Shown here: positions 39,668 through 50,673 of the stretch, one piece after another
Layout: every line of letters begins with the position of its first letter
Position numbering within the stretch: position 1 is the stretch's first letter
From: an uncultured Pseudomonadota bacterium
GTDB lineage: Bacteria; Oederibacteriota; Muellerivitia; Muellerivitales; Muellerivitaceae
Assembly: GCA_963843375.1 (NCBI GenBank)
Contig: CAWJKT010000008.1
Coordinates: forward strand, 160,001-224,000
DNA length: 64,000 nucleotides
Reading direction: 5' to 3'
Notes under the pieces: generated by a model
Database searches by the model: none
The model's input: the letters and a program-made list of their open reading frames with translations, nothing else
What the model was told of the DNA's origin: nothing
Made by a program: the position numbers and the translations under genes

Positions 39668-42480
39668 TCAATGGGCCTCAAGCCAGCTCTTGCCCACGCC
39701 CACGTCCACCTTGAGGGGTACCTTCAGCTTCATGGCGTTTTCCATCTCGTGGAGGATCATCTTCTTGGCTTCTTCCACCTCGTCCTTGGGCGCCTCGAAG
39801 ACCAATTCGTCATGCACTTGCAACAACATGGCGGTTTCCATTTTTTTGGTTTTCAGTTTCTCATGAAGCCGCACCATGGCCACCTTGATAAGGTCCGCCG
39901 CCGAGCCCTGGATGGGCGTGTTGACCGCCATATGCTCTCCGGTTATCTTCAGGCCGATATTGGTGGAATGGATTTCGGGGATCAGCCGCTTGCGTCCCAG
40001 GATGGTGGAGACGTAGCCTTGTTGGCGCGCTAATTCCACCATCTCGGTGGTGAATTTCTGGATGCCCGGGTACTTGGCGAAATAATCCTCGATGAATTTC
40101 TTGGCCTCGGCCATGGAAACACCATTTTCCCGGGCCAGGCGTAAGGGTCCCATGCCGTAAATGACCCCGAAGTTGATGGTTTTGGCCTGATTTCTTTGGG
40201 TGGAGGTGACCTTTTCCATTGGCGTCCCGAAGATCAGGGAGGCAGTGCGACGGTGGACATCCTCGTCGTTCTCGAAGGTCTCGATAAGGTTCGGGTCCCC
40301 GGTGATATGAGCCAGGACACGAAGCTCGATCTGGGAGTAGTCGGCGGAAATCAGCACATGCTTGGAATCCTCCGGCACGAAGGCCCCACGGATTCTGCCG
40401 GCCGAATTCGGAACGGATGGGGATGTTTTGCAGGTTGGGGTCGGTGGAGGAAAGCCGGCCCGTGGCGGCCACGACCTGGCTATAGGAGGTATGGATGCGG
40501 CCGTCTTTGGGATGGACCATTTTGGGCAAGACGTCCAGATAGGTGTTCTTCAGTTTGGAAGCATGCCGGAAATCCAGCACCATGTCGGCGATAGGAACGC
40601 CCTTGAGGGATTCCAGCACGTCCACGTCGGTGGCGTAGCCGGTCTTGGTCTTTTTGACCCGTGTCCCGGCGATCTTCTGGACCTGCATTTTCTCGAAGAG
40701 GATCTTTCCCAATTGCAGGGGCGAGCCGATGGTGAATTCTTCGCCCGCTTCCTTGAATATCTTTTTGGTGAGCTTTTTCAGCTCCACGCCCGCCTCGTCG
40801 GATAATTGTTTCAGGAGCTTCTCGTCCACGCAGATGCCCTTGCGCTCCATGTCCTCCAGAACCATCACCAGGGGCAGTTCCACTTCTTGGTAAAGCTTTT
40901 CCAAGCCCTCCTTTTTCAACCGGGGGGCGAAAAAGGCGTGGGTCCGGAAAGTGAAGTCCGCGTCCTCGCAGGCATATTGGGTGATGGCTTCCAGGGGGAC
41001 CCTGTCCATGGTGATTTGTTTCTTGCCGCTACCGATCAAGGTCCTCGGTGGGAATCTTGGTGTAACCGAAATGCTTAAGAGCGATCGCGTCCAGGTTGTG
41101 CTGGCGGCTGGAGGAATCCAGCAGGTAGCTTTCCACCATGGTGTCGAAGGCGAAGCCCTGGGGCTCGATGCCATGGCTTTTAAAGACCGCCCAGTCGTAT
41201 TTGCTGTTCTGTCCGCCCTTTTTCGATTTTCGGGTTTTCCAAAAAGGGCTTAAGGATTTTAATGAGCTTTTCTTTTTTCAGTTCCTGGTTGAAGGGTATG
41301 AAAACCGCTTCTTTTTCTTTCCAGGCCAGGGAAACCCCGACGATATCCACCGTCAGGGCATCCAGACCCGTCGTCTCGGTGTCCACCGCCACCAGCCCGG
41401 CTTTGGTCGCCTCCGCCAAGGCCTTCTCGATTTCCTCCTGGGTCAACAGGCTGCGGTATTTATCGGAAACAATCTTGAATACGGCCTGTACCGGCACCGG
41501 TTCTTCGGGTGTATCTCCCTTTTCCTTTTTAGCCTTTTTCTTTTTCTCTTTCTTTTTTTCCGGGCTTTCCAGTTTGAATTCCTGCGGGGCGCCCTTGGAG
41601 GCCGCTCCGGCATATTCCTCCACCCGGGGCATCATGCGGTTGAATTCCAATTCCCGGCAAAGTTCTCGCAGAGCCTCCAAATCCGGCTTCCCACAAACCA
41701 TGTCTTCGGGCTTGTCCGTGATGGGGGTCTCGCAATCGATAGTCACCAATTCCTTTGAAAGGTCGGCCAGAGCCTTGTTCTTAGGAGGGATTCCTTCAAT
41801 TTTGGCTTTTGGATCTTATCTACATTTTTAAAGAGGTTGTCCAGGGACCCGTATTCCTGGATAAGGGTCGAGGCGGTTTTCTCGCCAATGCCCGGCACCC
41901 CCGGCACGTTGTCCGAGGCATCACCCATCAGCGCCAGGACGTCGATAACCTGCTCGGGCTTCACCCCGAATTTTTCCAGCACGTCCTTCTCGTCCGCCAT
42001 TTTCCAATCATCGGGCCATTTGGGCTTGTACATCTTGACCCCGGGGCCCATGAGCTGCATGAAATCCTTGTCGCCGGAGACGATGACGCTGTCGATTTTT
42101 TCTTTTTTCGCCCGCGCCACCATCGTGCCGATCACGTCATCCGCCTCATAACCCGGTTTGACCAGAATGGGCAAATTCATGGCCTTGACCATCTTCTCGA
42201 TATAAGGGAAGGACTTGGCCAGGTCGTCCGGCATCTCCTCCCGGTTGGCCTTGTATTCTTTATAGAGTTTGTGGCGGAAGGTCGGTTCCCGGGAATCGAA
42301 AACCACCGCGAAATAATCGGGTTTTTGTTTTTCCAAGATCATCAGCAGGGTGTTCATAAAACCGAAAACCGCCGAGGTATTCAACCCCTTGGAGGTAATC
42401 CGGGGGTTTTTGATAAAGGCGAAATAGCCACGGTAGGCCACCGCCGCGCCATCGAGGAGAAATAATCTGGGTTTAGACAT
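39668..42480 (-). CDS. polA: DNA polymerase I (four single-base frameshifts, likely sequencing errors)
   Basis: 5'-3' exonuclease (YEADDVIG, GDASDNVPGVPGIGEKTA), ExoI DTETTG, TGRLSSTDPNLQNIP, ADYSQIELR, AKTINFG, QVHDE. Confidence 0.97.
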
Positions 42481-42604
42481 TTTTCACCTTTGATTTTTTC
42501 CGGGACAAGGGGATGTATAAATTAACCGAACCGCCAAATCGGATTTCGAGTCAAAAAAATCTCGATGGCAAAGGGCATGAAGCGCCCTCCAAAAACCCGG
42601 AAAT

Positions 42605-42640
42605 AAAAAAGCCCCCCTCCATTTCAAGGAGAGAGGCTTT
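42605..42640 (-). terminator. Intrinsic terminator
   Basis: Minus strand AAAGCCTCTCTCC-loop-GGAGGGGGGCTTTTTT. Confidence 0.7.
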
Positions 42641-42678
42641 ACTTTACCAACGGATATCGTTTTAAAGATACCGCAAAG

Positions 42679-42963
42679 TTAAACAGGAATTCCGTATTTC
42701 TTCTTGGCTTCCGGGGTCATGTTTTCGATATCCTCCATCAGCAGTCGGGCCCGGGTACCTTTGACGCGCTTGAGCTCTGTGTCCAGGGTTCCTTTCAGGC
42801 GACCCCGAAGCATGTCCGAAACTTTTCTTGGAGCGTAGACATAAACATCCACTCCATCATCTTTATAACTGGAATAATCGTTGCGGATCACGGCTTGTGG
42901 GGCAAGCCTTTTCACTTCCGTTTCCAATTTTTTCGCTAATTGTTCCGCCGCGGTTTGTGTCAC
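42679..42963 (-). CDS. Hypothetical protein
   Basis: GAGGAGG RBS, GTG start MTQTAAEQLAKK, followed by a terminator. Confidence 0.7.
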   Translation of the reverse strand: MTQTAAEQLAKKLETEVKRLAPQAVIRNDYSSYKDDGVDVYVYAPRKVSDMLRGRLKGTLDTELKRVKGTRARLLMEDIENMTPEAKKKYGIPV

Positions 42964-43046
42964 GGTTGGTCCTCCTCGATTAATCACGAAGGCCACGCCC
43001 TCGCTTTTCACTTTCTAAAACTAATTTATCATATCCCCAAAAGTTG

Positions 43047-43907
43047 TCAACGATACCCGGCCTTGCGAAACATATTCAAAATCCGGTCCAGGTCGTCGAG
43101 CGAATAATATTCGAAACAAACCGTCCCCTTCTGGCGCCCCTGGGTTTTAACAGTCACTTTGGTGCCCAGCCAATCGCGGAGATTTTCCTCAAGCTTGGCG
43201 ACATTTGCATCTTTACCTTTTCCACCGGGTTTCACCTTTTTGCCGTTTCCCTTTTGCACTTGTAGCCATTTTTCAACGTCGCGGACGTTAAACCCCTGTC
43301 GCACAATCCGCTCCGCCCATTTGTACTGTTCCTGGGGGGTTGAAAGGGAGGCTAGGACCCGAGCGTGACCCGGTGAAAGCTCTCCGGAAGCCAGCATGGC
43401 CTTGACCTCAGGCGAGAGTTTCAGGAGGCGCAGGGCGTTGGCAACGGTGGCGCGGTCCTTCCCCACCTTTTGGGCGATTTGCTCCTGGGTCATGTTGAAC
43501 TCTTCTTGTAGGCGATGATAACCTTCCGCCTCTTCCAGGGGGGACAAGTCGGCACGCTGGAGGTTCTCAATAAGGGCTAGTTCAAGGGATTCCACGTCCG
43601 AGGCTTGGATCTCAACGACAGGCATGGTCAGCATGCCCAGCTTTTGCGCGGCGCGGTAGCGGCGTTCACCGGCGATAATTTCCCAGATTTCTCCTTTTTT
43701 TCGAACCACGATGGGCTGCAAGATGCCGCGTTCCTTGACCGATTGGACCAGTTCCTGAAGATCCTCAGGACGGAACAACTTGCGGGGTTGGAAAGGATTG
43801 GGCTTGATCCGGGAAACCGGGACTTGCTGGGCCGAGCCCTTTTTTTCCTCGATCAGTCTTTTGGGGATGAGGGCTTCCAGTCCGCGGCCGAGGGCTTTTT
43901 TAGCCAT
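43047..43907 (-). CDS. parB: Chromosome partitioning protein ParB
   Basis: ALGRGLEAL, PNPFQPR, IIAGERRYRA, ENLQR and HTH. Confidence 0.97.
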   Translation of the reverse strand: MAKKALGRGLEALIPKRLIEEKKGSAQQVPVSRIKPNPFQPRKLFRPEDLQELVQSVKERGILQPIVVRKKGEIWEIIAGERRYRAAQKLGMLTMPVVEIQASDVESLELALIENLQRADLSPLEEAEGYHRLQEEFNMTQEQIAQKVGKDRATVANALRLLKLSPEVKAMLASGELSPGHARVLASLSTPQEQYKWAERIVRQGFNVRDVEKWLQVQKGNGKKVKPGGKGKDANVAKLEENLRDWLGTKVTVKTQGRQKGTVCFEYYSLDDLDRILNMFRKAGYR

Positions 43908-44661
43908 GGGTGACGATCTCCTTGGTCAGGTTTAAATAGGCTTGGGCTCCGCTGGAGCGGATATCATAAAGAATGATGGGTTTCCCAAAGGAAGGCGATT
44001 CGGAGAGTTGGACGTTCCTGGGAATGACCGTATTGTACACTTTTTCGCCAAAAAACTTGCGGACTTCTTCCGACACTTGCAGAGAGAGGCGGGTGCGTGA
44101 ATCGTGCATGGTCAGCAGCGCCCCCTCAATCTCCAGTTTGGGATTGAAGCTCTCCCGCACCCGGTCCACCGTCTCCATCAGTGAACTCAACCCCTCTAGG
44201 GCGTAATATTCGCTTTGCACAGGGATCAGGACCGAGTGGGCCGCGGTCAAGGCGTTGAGAGTCAAAAAGCCGAGGGAAGGCGGACAATCGATCAAAATAT
44301 AGTGAAAGTCGGCCTCCACTTTCGCCAGAGCCTTTTTCAGCCGGATTTCCCTTTCCTCCTGGTTGACAAGTTCCACCTCGGCCCCGGTTAGGTGGCCGTT
44401 TGAAGGGACACAAAAAAGTTTTTTGAGTTCGGTAGGGCGAATGGCTTCAAGAATGTCAGCCTCCCCCATTATCACCTGATAGATATTGGGATCGCACTCG
44501 TTCTTGTCGAGACCCACCCCGCTGGTGGAGTTGCCCTGGGGATCCATATCCACTAAAAGCGTTTTCTTTTCAATTGCGGCCAGGCAAGAAGCCAGATTTA
44601 CCGTGGTCGTGGTCTTGCCGACCCCGCCCTTTTGATTGGTGATGCAGATAATCCGCGCCAT
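43900..44661 (-). CDS. parA: Chromosome partitioning ATPase ParA/Soj
   Basis: NQKGGVGKTT, DMDPQGN and DCPPSLG motifs. Confidence 0.97.
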   Translation of the reverse strand: MARIICITNQKGGVGKTTTTVNLASCLAAIEKKTLLVDMDPQGNSTSGVGLDKNECDPNIYQVIMGEADILEAIRPTELKKLFCVPSNGHLTGAEVELVNQEEREIRLKKALAKVEADFHYILIDCPPSLGFLTLNALTAAHSVLIPVQSEYYALEGLSSLMETVDRVRESFNPKLEIEGALLTMHDSRTRLSLQVSEEVRKFFGEKVYNTVIPRNVQLSESPSFGKPIILYDIRSSGAQAYLNLTKEIVTHG

Positions 44662-44741
44662 TTCATTCCTTTAAAATACTAAAAACTTTTGACAAAAGCC
44701 GTCTTCGCCTCTAAAACGACACGTTTTGCGGCGAAGAACCT

Positions 44742-45542
44742 TTACTGTTTACCCTTTGATTCCGTTTTTTTTCTTTGGCGTTCCAAAAGCTTACGGGTCT
44801 CCGCCAAATTTCGCGATGCCTTTTGATATTGGGGGTCCAAAGAATAGGCGGTTTCAAATTCCTTTAATCCCTTTTCATATTCTTTTTCCTGATTGAAGAC
44901 CACTCCCAAATTGTTGTGGGCGATGGCATTTTCCGAATCAGCCTCGACGGCTTTTTTCAATTGGGCTTCCGCCTCGGGCCATTTCTGCAATTGGATGTAA
45001 ACCAAGCCGAGATTATTATAAACCCAAGCCGAATCCTCCTCATAGGTCAAAGCTTTCTCGTAATTTTTCACCGCCGACTGGTAATCACCCTTGTCGAAAT
45101 AAACCGTCCCCAGGATGTTGTAGACACTTCCCGCTTCCGGGTCCAGCTTTTTAGCTTCCAGCGCCGAAGCCAGGGCCTGATCGAAAAGACCCTTAGATTG
45201 GTAAAGTCGGGCGAGGGTGGCAAAAGCGTTGGCGTTGTGCGGAGCCAGGTTTACTACGCCTTCAAATTCTGTGATGGCATCATCTGTTCGTTGGGAGTCC
45301 TTGTAAATCCGGCCCAGCAAAAGATGGACTTTTGAGTCGGAAGGTTTCTGGGTTTTCAGGAAAAGAAGGATTTTTTCTGATTTTTCGGGCTGTCCCTCAT
45401 CGTAAAGTTTTTGGGCGTCCGAAAAGGTTCCCTTAACTTCGGCGGAAGGAGGCGGGACGGAAGTACAGGCAAAGGTCATCAGGGGCAATAGGCAGAAAGT
45501 TAAATAAATCCTTACTGGGGAAAAAGGGGATTCGATGACCAT
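44742..45542 (-). CDS. TPR-repeat lipoprotein
   Basis: Lipobox TFAC; multiple TPRs (YNNLG). Confidence 0.85.
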   Translation of the reverse strand: MVIESPFSPVRIYLTFCLLPLMTFACTSVPPPSAEVKGTFSDAQKLYDEGQPEKSEKILLFLKTQKPSDSKVHLLLGRIYKDSQRTDDAITEFEGVVNLAPHNANAFATLARLYQSKGLFDQALASALEAKKLDPEAGSVYNILGTVYFDKGDYQSAVKNYEKALTYEEDSAWVYNNLGLVYIQLQKWPEAEAQLKKAVEADSENAIAHNNLGVVFNQEKEYEKGLKEFETAYSLDPQYQKASRNLAETRKLLERQRKKTESKGKQ

Positions 45543-45587
45543 GGGGACGTCACTATACCACTCGGGTTTTCGAACTTCTATGCGCCC

Positions 45588-46572
45588 TTACTTGGCAGGC
45601 AATTTCCGGGGGTTTGACGATCCTTTTAACTCAATGGGCTTTAACATAAAGCAAAAAAGACCAATCAAACTGAAAAGGATAACTCCGATCAAAAGAAGCA
45701 GAAGCGAATAAGCCATGGCCTGGTCCTTGTTGATGGAGATCAGGCCGAAAAGGAAGATCAGCGCGGCCTCGCGGGTCCCCATGCCTAAAAAAGTCAGGAG
45801 CGACACTATATTCACGACGGAAACGCAAAAGGAAAGGTAAAGAATGTTGACCGGAAGGTTCATGGCTTAGGCGATACCGTAACAGCCCCAAAAGAAGGAA
45901 ACATAGGAAAGGAGCGAAAGCAAAATCGGCACAAGGAGAGGGCTTATAAAAAGCCTCCATTCCCTTGTGGAAATCCTCGAAAAGTTCGTCCGTTTTATCC
46001 CGGTGCTCCTGCTTCATCAGGCGTTGAAAGGCCGCCTTCAAAATAACCCCCCCGATTTTTTTATTGAAAGCCAAGAGAGTGACGACCACTAGAATGACGA
46101 AAAAAACTTTGACGGCCAATATCATTTTGAGGGAAGCCGGTCCGTAGGCATGGGGTTCAGAAGAATTCCCAATCCCCCCAGGACAAGGAGAAGATATAAA
46201 TCGAAAACCCGGTCCACCAGGACGCTGGTGATGCCTTTACCGGTGGACAATTTCAAGTCTTGCTTCAGGTAAAAAACTTTGGCAAAGTCGCCCGCCCGCC
46301 CCGGAGTGAGGTTTCCCAAATACAAGGGTCGCCATATAAATGAGAAAGCTAGTCCCAAACAGGATAGGAAAGCCCCTGCATTTTCAGAAGGTAACTCCAG
46401 CGGACACCCTTTAAATAAACCATACCAATAAAAGCCAAAAGCGCCAGAAGGAGCAGCCGCCAATCGGCCGCCCTCAAGCATAGGCGATGGTATCGGCCAG
46501 GCTGATCTTCCAAAGCCGAAAAATAAGCGCAAACAAAAGTACGCCGATAACAATCGGAAGATAGCGTTTCAT
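45588..46572 (-). CDS. Lysylphosphatidylglycerol-synthase-TM / flippase-like membrane protein (several frameshifts)
   Basis: TPGRAGDFAKV, SVLVDRVFDL and GMGTREAALI motifs across frames. Confidence 0.8.
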
Positions 46573-46619
46573 AAGGAGGTGAATTCCTTATTAGGATGAA
46601 GTGGATTCAAACGGGAAGA

Positions 46620-48038
46620 TTATATACGAAGCATCCTTAAACCAACCTTCGCCTTACGATAAAAATCAATCGGCGAGTGGGTGAAGGACATGTTTTTCAT
46701 TATCATCTTGGGCCTTAAGTAAAAGGACTTGTAGGCGAATTTCAAAAGGTCGATCAACTCGTCCCGGGTCATAAATTCTTCCCAAAGCTTTGGCTTGAAA
46801 TCGGGCGTGGGGTTCTTGGCGAATTCCGCCCAATAATCATGATCAAAGCGACCTTCTTCAAGCGCTTTGTAATAGATCGCCGTCGCCGGGAACGGGGTTA
46901 AAACCGAGAAATGGACAAAATCAGGATCCAGTTCCTTGGCGAAATCAATGGTGTTCAAGGCCATCTCCCGGGTCTCACCCGGATTGCCGATCATGAAGTA
47001 AGCCAGGGTCTTCATGCCATGGGCGCGGGTGGCTTTGAATATTTTCCTTACATGATCTAAGTCAAGATCCTTCAGGAGAGTTTCTAGCACCTCGGCGTTG
47101 CCGGACTCCACCCCGTAATGGATGCGGTCACAGCCGGCTGAGGCCAGTTCAGCCAGCATTTCCTCGTCCATTCGGTCGGCCCGGGCCCTGATATCAAAGG
47201 CGATTGCCAGTTTCCGCCGCTTGATCTCCGAGCATATCTCAAAGACCCGTTTACGGTTCACATTGAAAGTATCGTCATAAATGAAAAACTCCCGAATGCC
47301 GAGTTTCAAGCAGGCTTCCATTTCATTGACAACGGCATTGGCCGAATGGCTGCGGAAACGGCGGCCCATGGTCGGCCGGTCGCAGAAAAGGCAACGGTAA
47401 GGGCAACCCCGGCTGGTGAACATGGTAGTGATGGGATTGTGTTTAGCGATAAGAGAGTAATATTTGTGGACCGGGGTTAATTCACGGGCCGGATAGGGCA
47501 AGGCGTCCAAATCTTCCACGGGTGGTGCCGGAGGATTGTCCTTGATCTGGCCGGTCACGGAATCCCGGTAAGCAAGTCCAAAAACCTTCTCAAATCCCAT
47601 GGAGCCTTCCAAGACTGACAAAAGTTGAGTGAAAGCCAGTTCTCCCTCTCCCTTGATGGCAAAATCCACTTCGGGCATCGCAAGTGTCTCGCGGGCGAAA
47701 ATGTGCACATGGGGCCCGCCCATCACCACCTTACAGGCAGGATTAGCTTTTTTGGCGGCCTGGGCCACCATGCGGGCATCGATAATTGTAAAAGTAAGCG
47801 CTTGGATTCCCACCACGTCGGGATTCACCGCGCGGATTCGGTCTTCGATTTCATCCTGGGACACTTCCTCCACTTGGCAGTCAAGGACATGGATTTCGTG
47901 TGAGGTTTTGGCCTTTGCATATCCGGCGACGTAAAGTAGACCAAGCGGCGGGTTAAAACCGCGCTCCTCGTCAACTACTGACGGAATATTGGTGGTAATC
48001 ATGTGCTCAGAAGGCGGGTTAATGAATAAAACTTTCAT
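46620..48038 (-). CDS. B12-binding radical SAM enzyme
   Basis: PPLGLLYVAG, GGPH, SRGCPYRCLFC and GVESG motifs. Confidence 0.93.
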   Translation of the reverse strand: MKVLFINPPSEHMITTNIPSVVDEERGFNPPLGLLYVAGYAKAKTSHEIHVLDCQVEEVSQDEIEDRIRAVNPDVVGIQALTFTIIDARMVAQAAKKANPACKVVMGGPHVHIFARETLAMPEVDFAIKGEGELAFTQLLSVLEGSMGFEKVFGLAYRDSVTGQIKDNPPAPPVEDLDALPYPARELTPVHKYYSLIAKHNPITTMFTSRGCPYRCLFCDRPTMGRRFRSHSANAVVNEMEACLKLGIREFFIYDDTFNVNRKRVFEICSEIKRRKLAIAFDIRARADRMDEEMLAELASAGCDRIHYGVESGNAEVLETLLKDLDLDHVRKIFKATRAHGMKTLAYFMIGNPGETREMALNTIDFAKELDPDFVHFSVLTPFPATAIYYKALEEGRFDHDYWAEFAKNPTPDFKPKLWEEFMTRDELIDLLKFAYKSFYLRPKMIMKNMSFTHSPIDFYRKAKVGLRMLRI

Positions 48039-48041
48039 GGA

Positions 48042-48903
48042 TTATCTTCCTCTTTTCACGAGCAAATCCGCCAGCAGTCCAAGGGCGGCCACTTGAAGGC
48101 CCGCCACTAAAAGAAACAGGGTTCCCTCGTTCCAGGGTTGGCCTTGCAGCCGGGAGGCGATTCCCGACAACGCACCCACCACGAATATGATACCGCTTAG
48201 GGGGATAAAAATCTTTAGAGGCTTAAAATACATCACTACCCTTAAAACGAGAGAAAAGAAGTTCAGCGTGTCCTGAAAGGGCCTGATTTTCGAGGTTCCG
48301 ATCCGAGCCCCGTAAGCGATAGGATGATACTTGACAACATAACCATGACATTCCAAAGCCAGTGTGATAGTAGTCGTGAATGAAAATCCATTCGGGAATA
48401 GACCCTCATAACGGACGGCGATGTTTTTTTTGAAAACGCGCAATCCCGAATTCAAATCCGGTATTTTCCGATCCGCCAAGTAATTGGCCCATTTCCCAAG
48501 GAGCCATTTGGGAAACCTCCGAAGCCGCGGAATCGCCGCATTAGGTTTAATCCTTGCGCCCACGACCATATCTGATGTTTCTACAAGCCGGATAAGTTCC
48601 GGAAGTTCTTCCGCGGGATAGGTTCCATCCGCATCCAACATGGCGATCAGGTTAAACCGGGCCTGACGCATTCCCGCTTTCAAGGACGCTCCATAACCCC
48701 GATTCTCCCCCATCGAAATGACCTTGGCTCCCGCCTGACGGGCTTTTAACCCGGTTTGGTCCCTGCTTCCATCGTCCACCACCAATAGTTCATAAGGAAT
48801 CCGCCCCCGATGGAGAACGCCGCTGCACTTTTCGGACGACGTCTCCCACCGCTTTTTCCTCGTTGAATGCGGGAATAATCACCGTCACGGGTTCCTTTTT
48901 CAT
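48042..48903 (-). CDS. Glycosyltransferase family 2, DPM1-like (one frameshift near 48810)
   Basis: VIIPAFNEE, VDDGSRD, GYGASLK, DADG and DLNSGLR; two C-terminal TM helices. Confidence 0.9.
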
Positions 48904-49253
48904 TTCAGGTCCACTTTCATTTCGGTGTAACGAGGTTTTTCTTGAGCTGTATAAACCATGACCCGGACAGTATAGGCGCCCGGCTGGACCCAGGGCGAAA
49001 AGGGGATGGATCCGTAAAAATACCAAATCCCTTTTTTGGTGTTTTTACGAAAAATCAATTCCGGACTTCCCATAACCAGAACTGTCCCAGTGACTTTATC
49101 CGCATCCAAAGGGGCATTGATTTCCGCCAGAGCCGGCCGACCCCGAAAGAGAGGCAGGGGTGTGATTTGCAATTGCAGGGAGTTGTCTCTTATTCCAATG
49201 GAGGCGCAACCGGTCAGAAATAAAAGAAAGAGAATCGGGTAAAAAAAACGCAT
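48900..49253 (-). CDS. Hypothetical lipoprotein
   Basis: Lipobox LTGC; beta-rich mature part. Confidence 0.7.
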   Translation of the reverse strand: MRFFYPILFLLFLTGCASIGIRDNSLQLQITPLPLFRGRPALAEINAPLDADKVTGTVLVMGSPELIFRKNTKKGIWYFYGSIPFSPWVQPGAYTVRVMVYTAQEKPRYTEMKVDLK

Positions 49254-49279
49254 GAATTTTCCTTGTCAGTAAGCTATCA

Positions 49280-49311
49280 AAAGGTGCTGAGTAAAACTTT
49301 TCAGCACCTTT
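49280..49311. terminator. Hairpin, probable terminator
   Basis: AAAGGTGCTGA-N10-TCAGCACCTTT. Confidence 0.6.
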
Positions 49312-49388
49312 GTAATTGATAAATTTGGATAAATAAAATCGGGGACATCCGATAAGAATTAGGGGCTGCGGTTGGTTTTTGGGCTATT

Positions 49389-49979
49389 TCATTTCCCAGC
49401 AGGCGCGGTATTACGGGCTTCTGGAGGAGCAGCCGCATTGGCTGCCCTCGCTGCATCCCTTTTGCTTCTAATTTCTTTGGCCTTTTCCATCATTTGTTTC
49501 TTGGCTCTTTTTTCCCTGTAATCCTCACGAGCTTCCAGGAAGGCGAAACTATTGGCTTTCAGCAACATGGTTTCGGTCAGATAAGTACCCACACCAAAAT
49601 TAATAAAAGCCGGCAAAATTGCCGACAGGGTTACCAATAACAACAACCAGAGACTGCTCGCTACTTGGGGATATCCGAGCAATGGCTTTTCCTGCAATCC
49701 CGTATAGACCACCAAGCCCATTAAAGCCACGATCACAAAAAGAAAGAAACCCAAAAGACGGAAGGTTGAGCGAATTTTTTCAAAAGTTCTCTCCAAACCC
49801 TCGGCGAATTCGGAAATGGTTTCTCCCGTTTGCTCAATAGTTTCCTTCCAACGATCATCCCACAGCAATATTTTTCGGCGAAGAATGACCCCAAACACCA
49901 CGATCACAAAAGTAATGGACGAGGTTAAAAAAGTTAAAAATATAAAACCTAAAGCCGCTCCCATCGAGTGATCCTGCAT
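49389..49979 (-). CDS. Hypothetical membrane protein
   Basis: Three TM helices and a charged tail; AAGGA RBS. Confidence 0.75.
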   Translation of the reverse strand: MQDHSMGAALGFIFLTFLTSSITFVIVVFGVILRRKILLWDDRWKETIEQTGETISEFAEGLERTFEKIRSTFRLLGFFLFVIVALMGLVVYTGLQEKPLLGYPQVASSLWLLLLVTLSAILPAFINFGVGTYLTETMLLKANSFAFLEAREDYREKRAKKQMMEKAKEIRSKRDAARAANAAAPPEARNTAPAGK

Positions 49980-50004
49980 GTCGTCATCCTTTCAAATCAT
50001 GTTA

Positions 50005-50673
50005 TCAGGAATGTGTTAATTGTACCGTCGCGTCCAAAAGTTCCAATAATCTCTGTTTCACTTCATTCCATTGCGTCCCGCCATCGCCGCTTTGCTTGGA
50101 CTGCTGCCAGACCATAACCAATTGGGTCAGGATCTTATCTCCTTCGGCGATTAAAGCCATCCGAATAGCCAAGTGGCGGTTTTCTTCTTCTTGTTCAAGT
50201 TCTTCCTTCAACCGTTGGGTAATCTGGTTTTGAGCCTCAAGGCTAACCTCCGCCGCCTGAAGCGTGGACCTAATCTCCCCTTCCAGCTTTTGCCGGATGG
50301 AAGCCTCAAGAACTTTAAACATCTCATTTTGATCCGAGGCCATGGTAATGGTGGCAACCGGCGCGGTCGCCGCCACTGGTGCAGCCGGGGGAGCAAATTC
50401 CTTCCATTCTTCTTCCGATGCCAGCTCGGTCTTGATGCCCTTACTATCCCTAAAGATCATGGGCATGAACTCAAGTATTTTATCATGATAAACTTTTAGT
50501 CCAACTTCCATTTCCTTCAAATCATCGACGTTTTGAGCGTAAACCACCAAGTTATATTTTGTTAGTTCTTTGACTCGGGCGGCTTTGAGATGGTCGTAGA
50601 GGCGCGGTTCCCGGACTTGGAGGAGCTTACAAAACGCTTCCCATTGATTTTGGACTTCAACTGCGGCGGCCAT
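50005..50673 (-). CDS. Hypothetical protein (N-terminal alpha/beta domain plus coiled coil)
   Basis: GGGAG RBS; 222-aa ORF in operon orientation. Confidence 0.75.
   Translation of the reverse strand: MAAAVEVQNQWEAFCKLLQVREPRLYDHLKAARVKELTKYNLVVYAQNVDDLKEMEVGLKVYHDKILEFMPMIFRDSKGIKTELASEEEWKEFAPPAAPVAATAPVATITMASDQNEMFKVLEASIRQKLEGEIRSTLQAAEVSLEAQNQITQRLKEELEQEEENRHLAIRMALIAEGDKILTQLVMVWQQSKQSGDGGTQWNEVKQRLLELLDATVQLTHS

Noticed and set aside
39668..42480. polA as a split gene, pseudogene, intein host or programmed-frameshift case
   Set aside because: Single-base indels in both directions, all motifs intact, no inserted sequence; consistent with sequencing error
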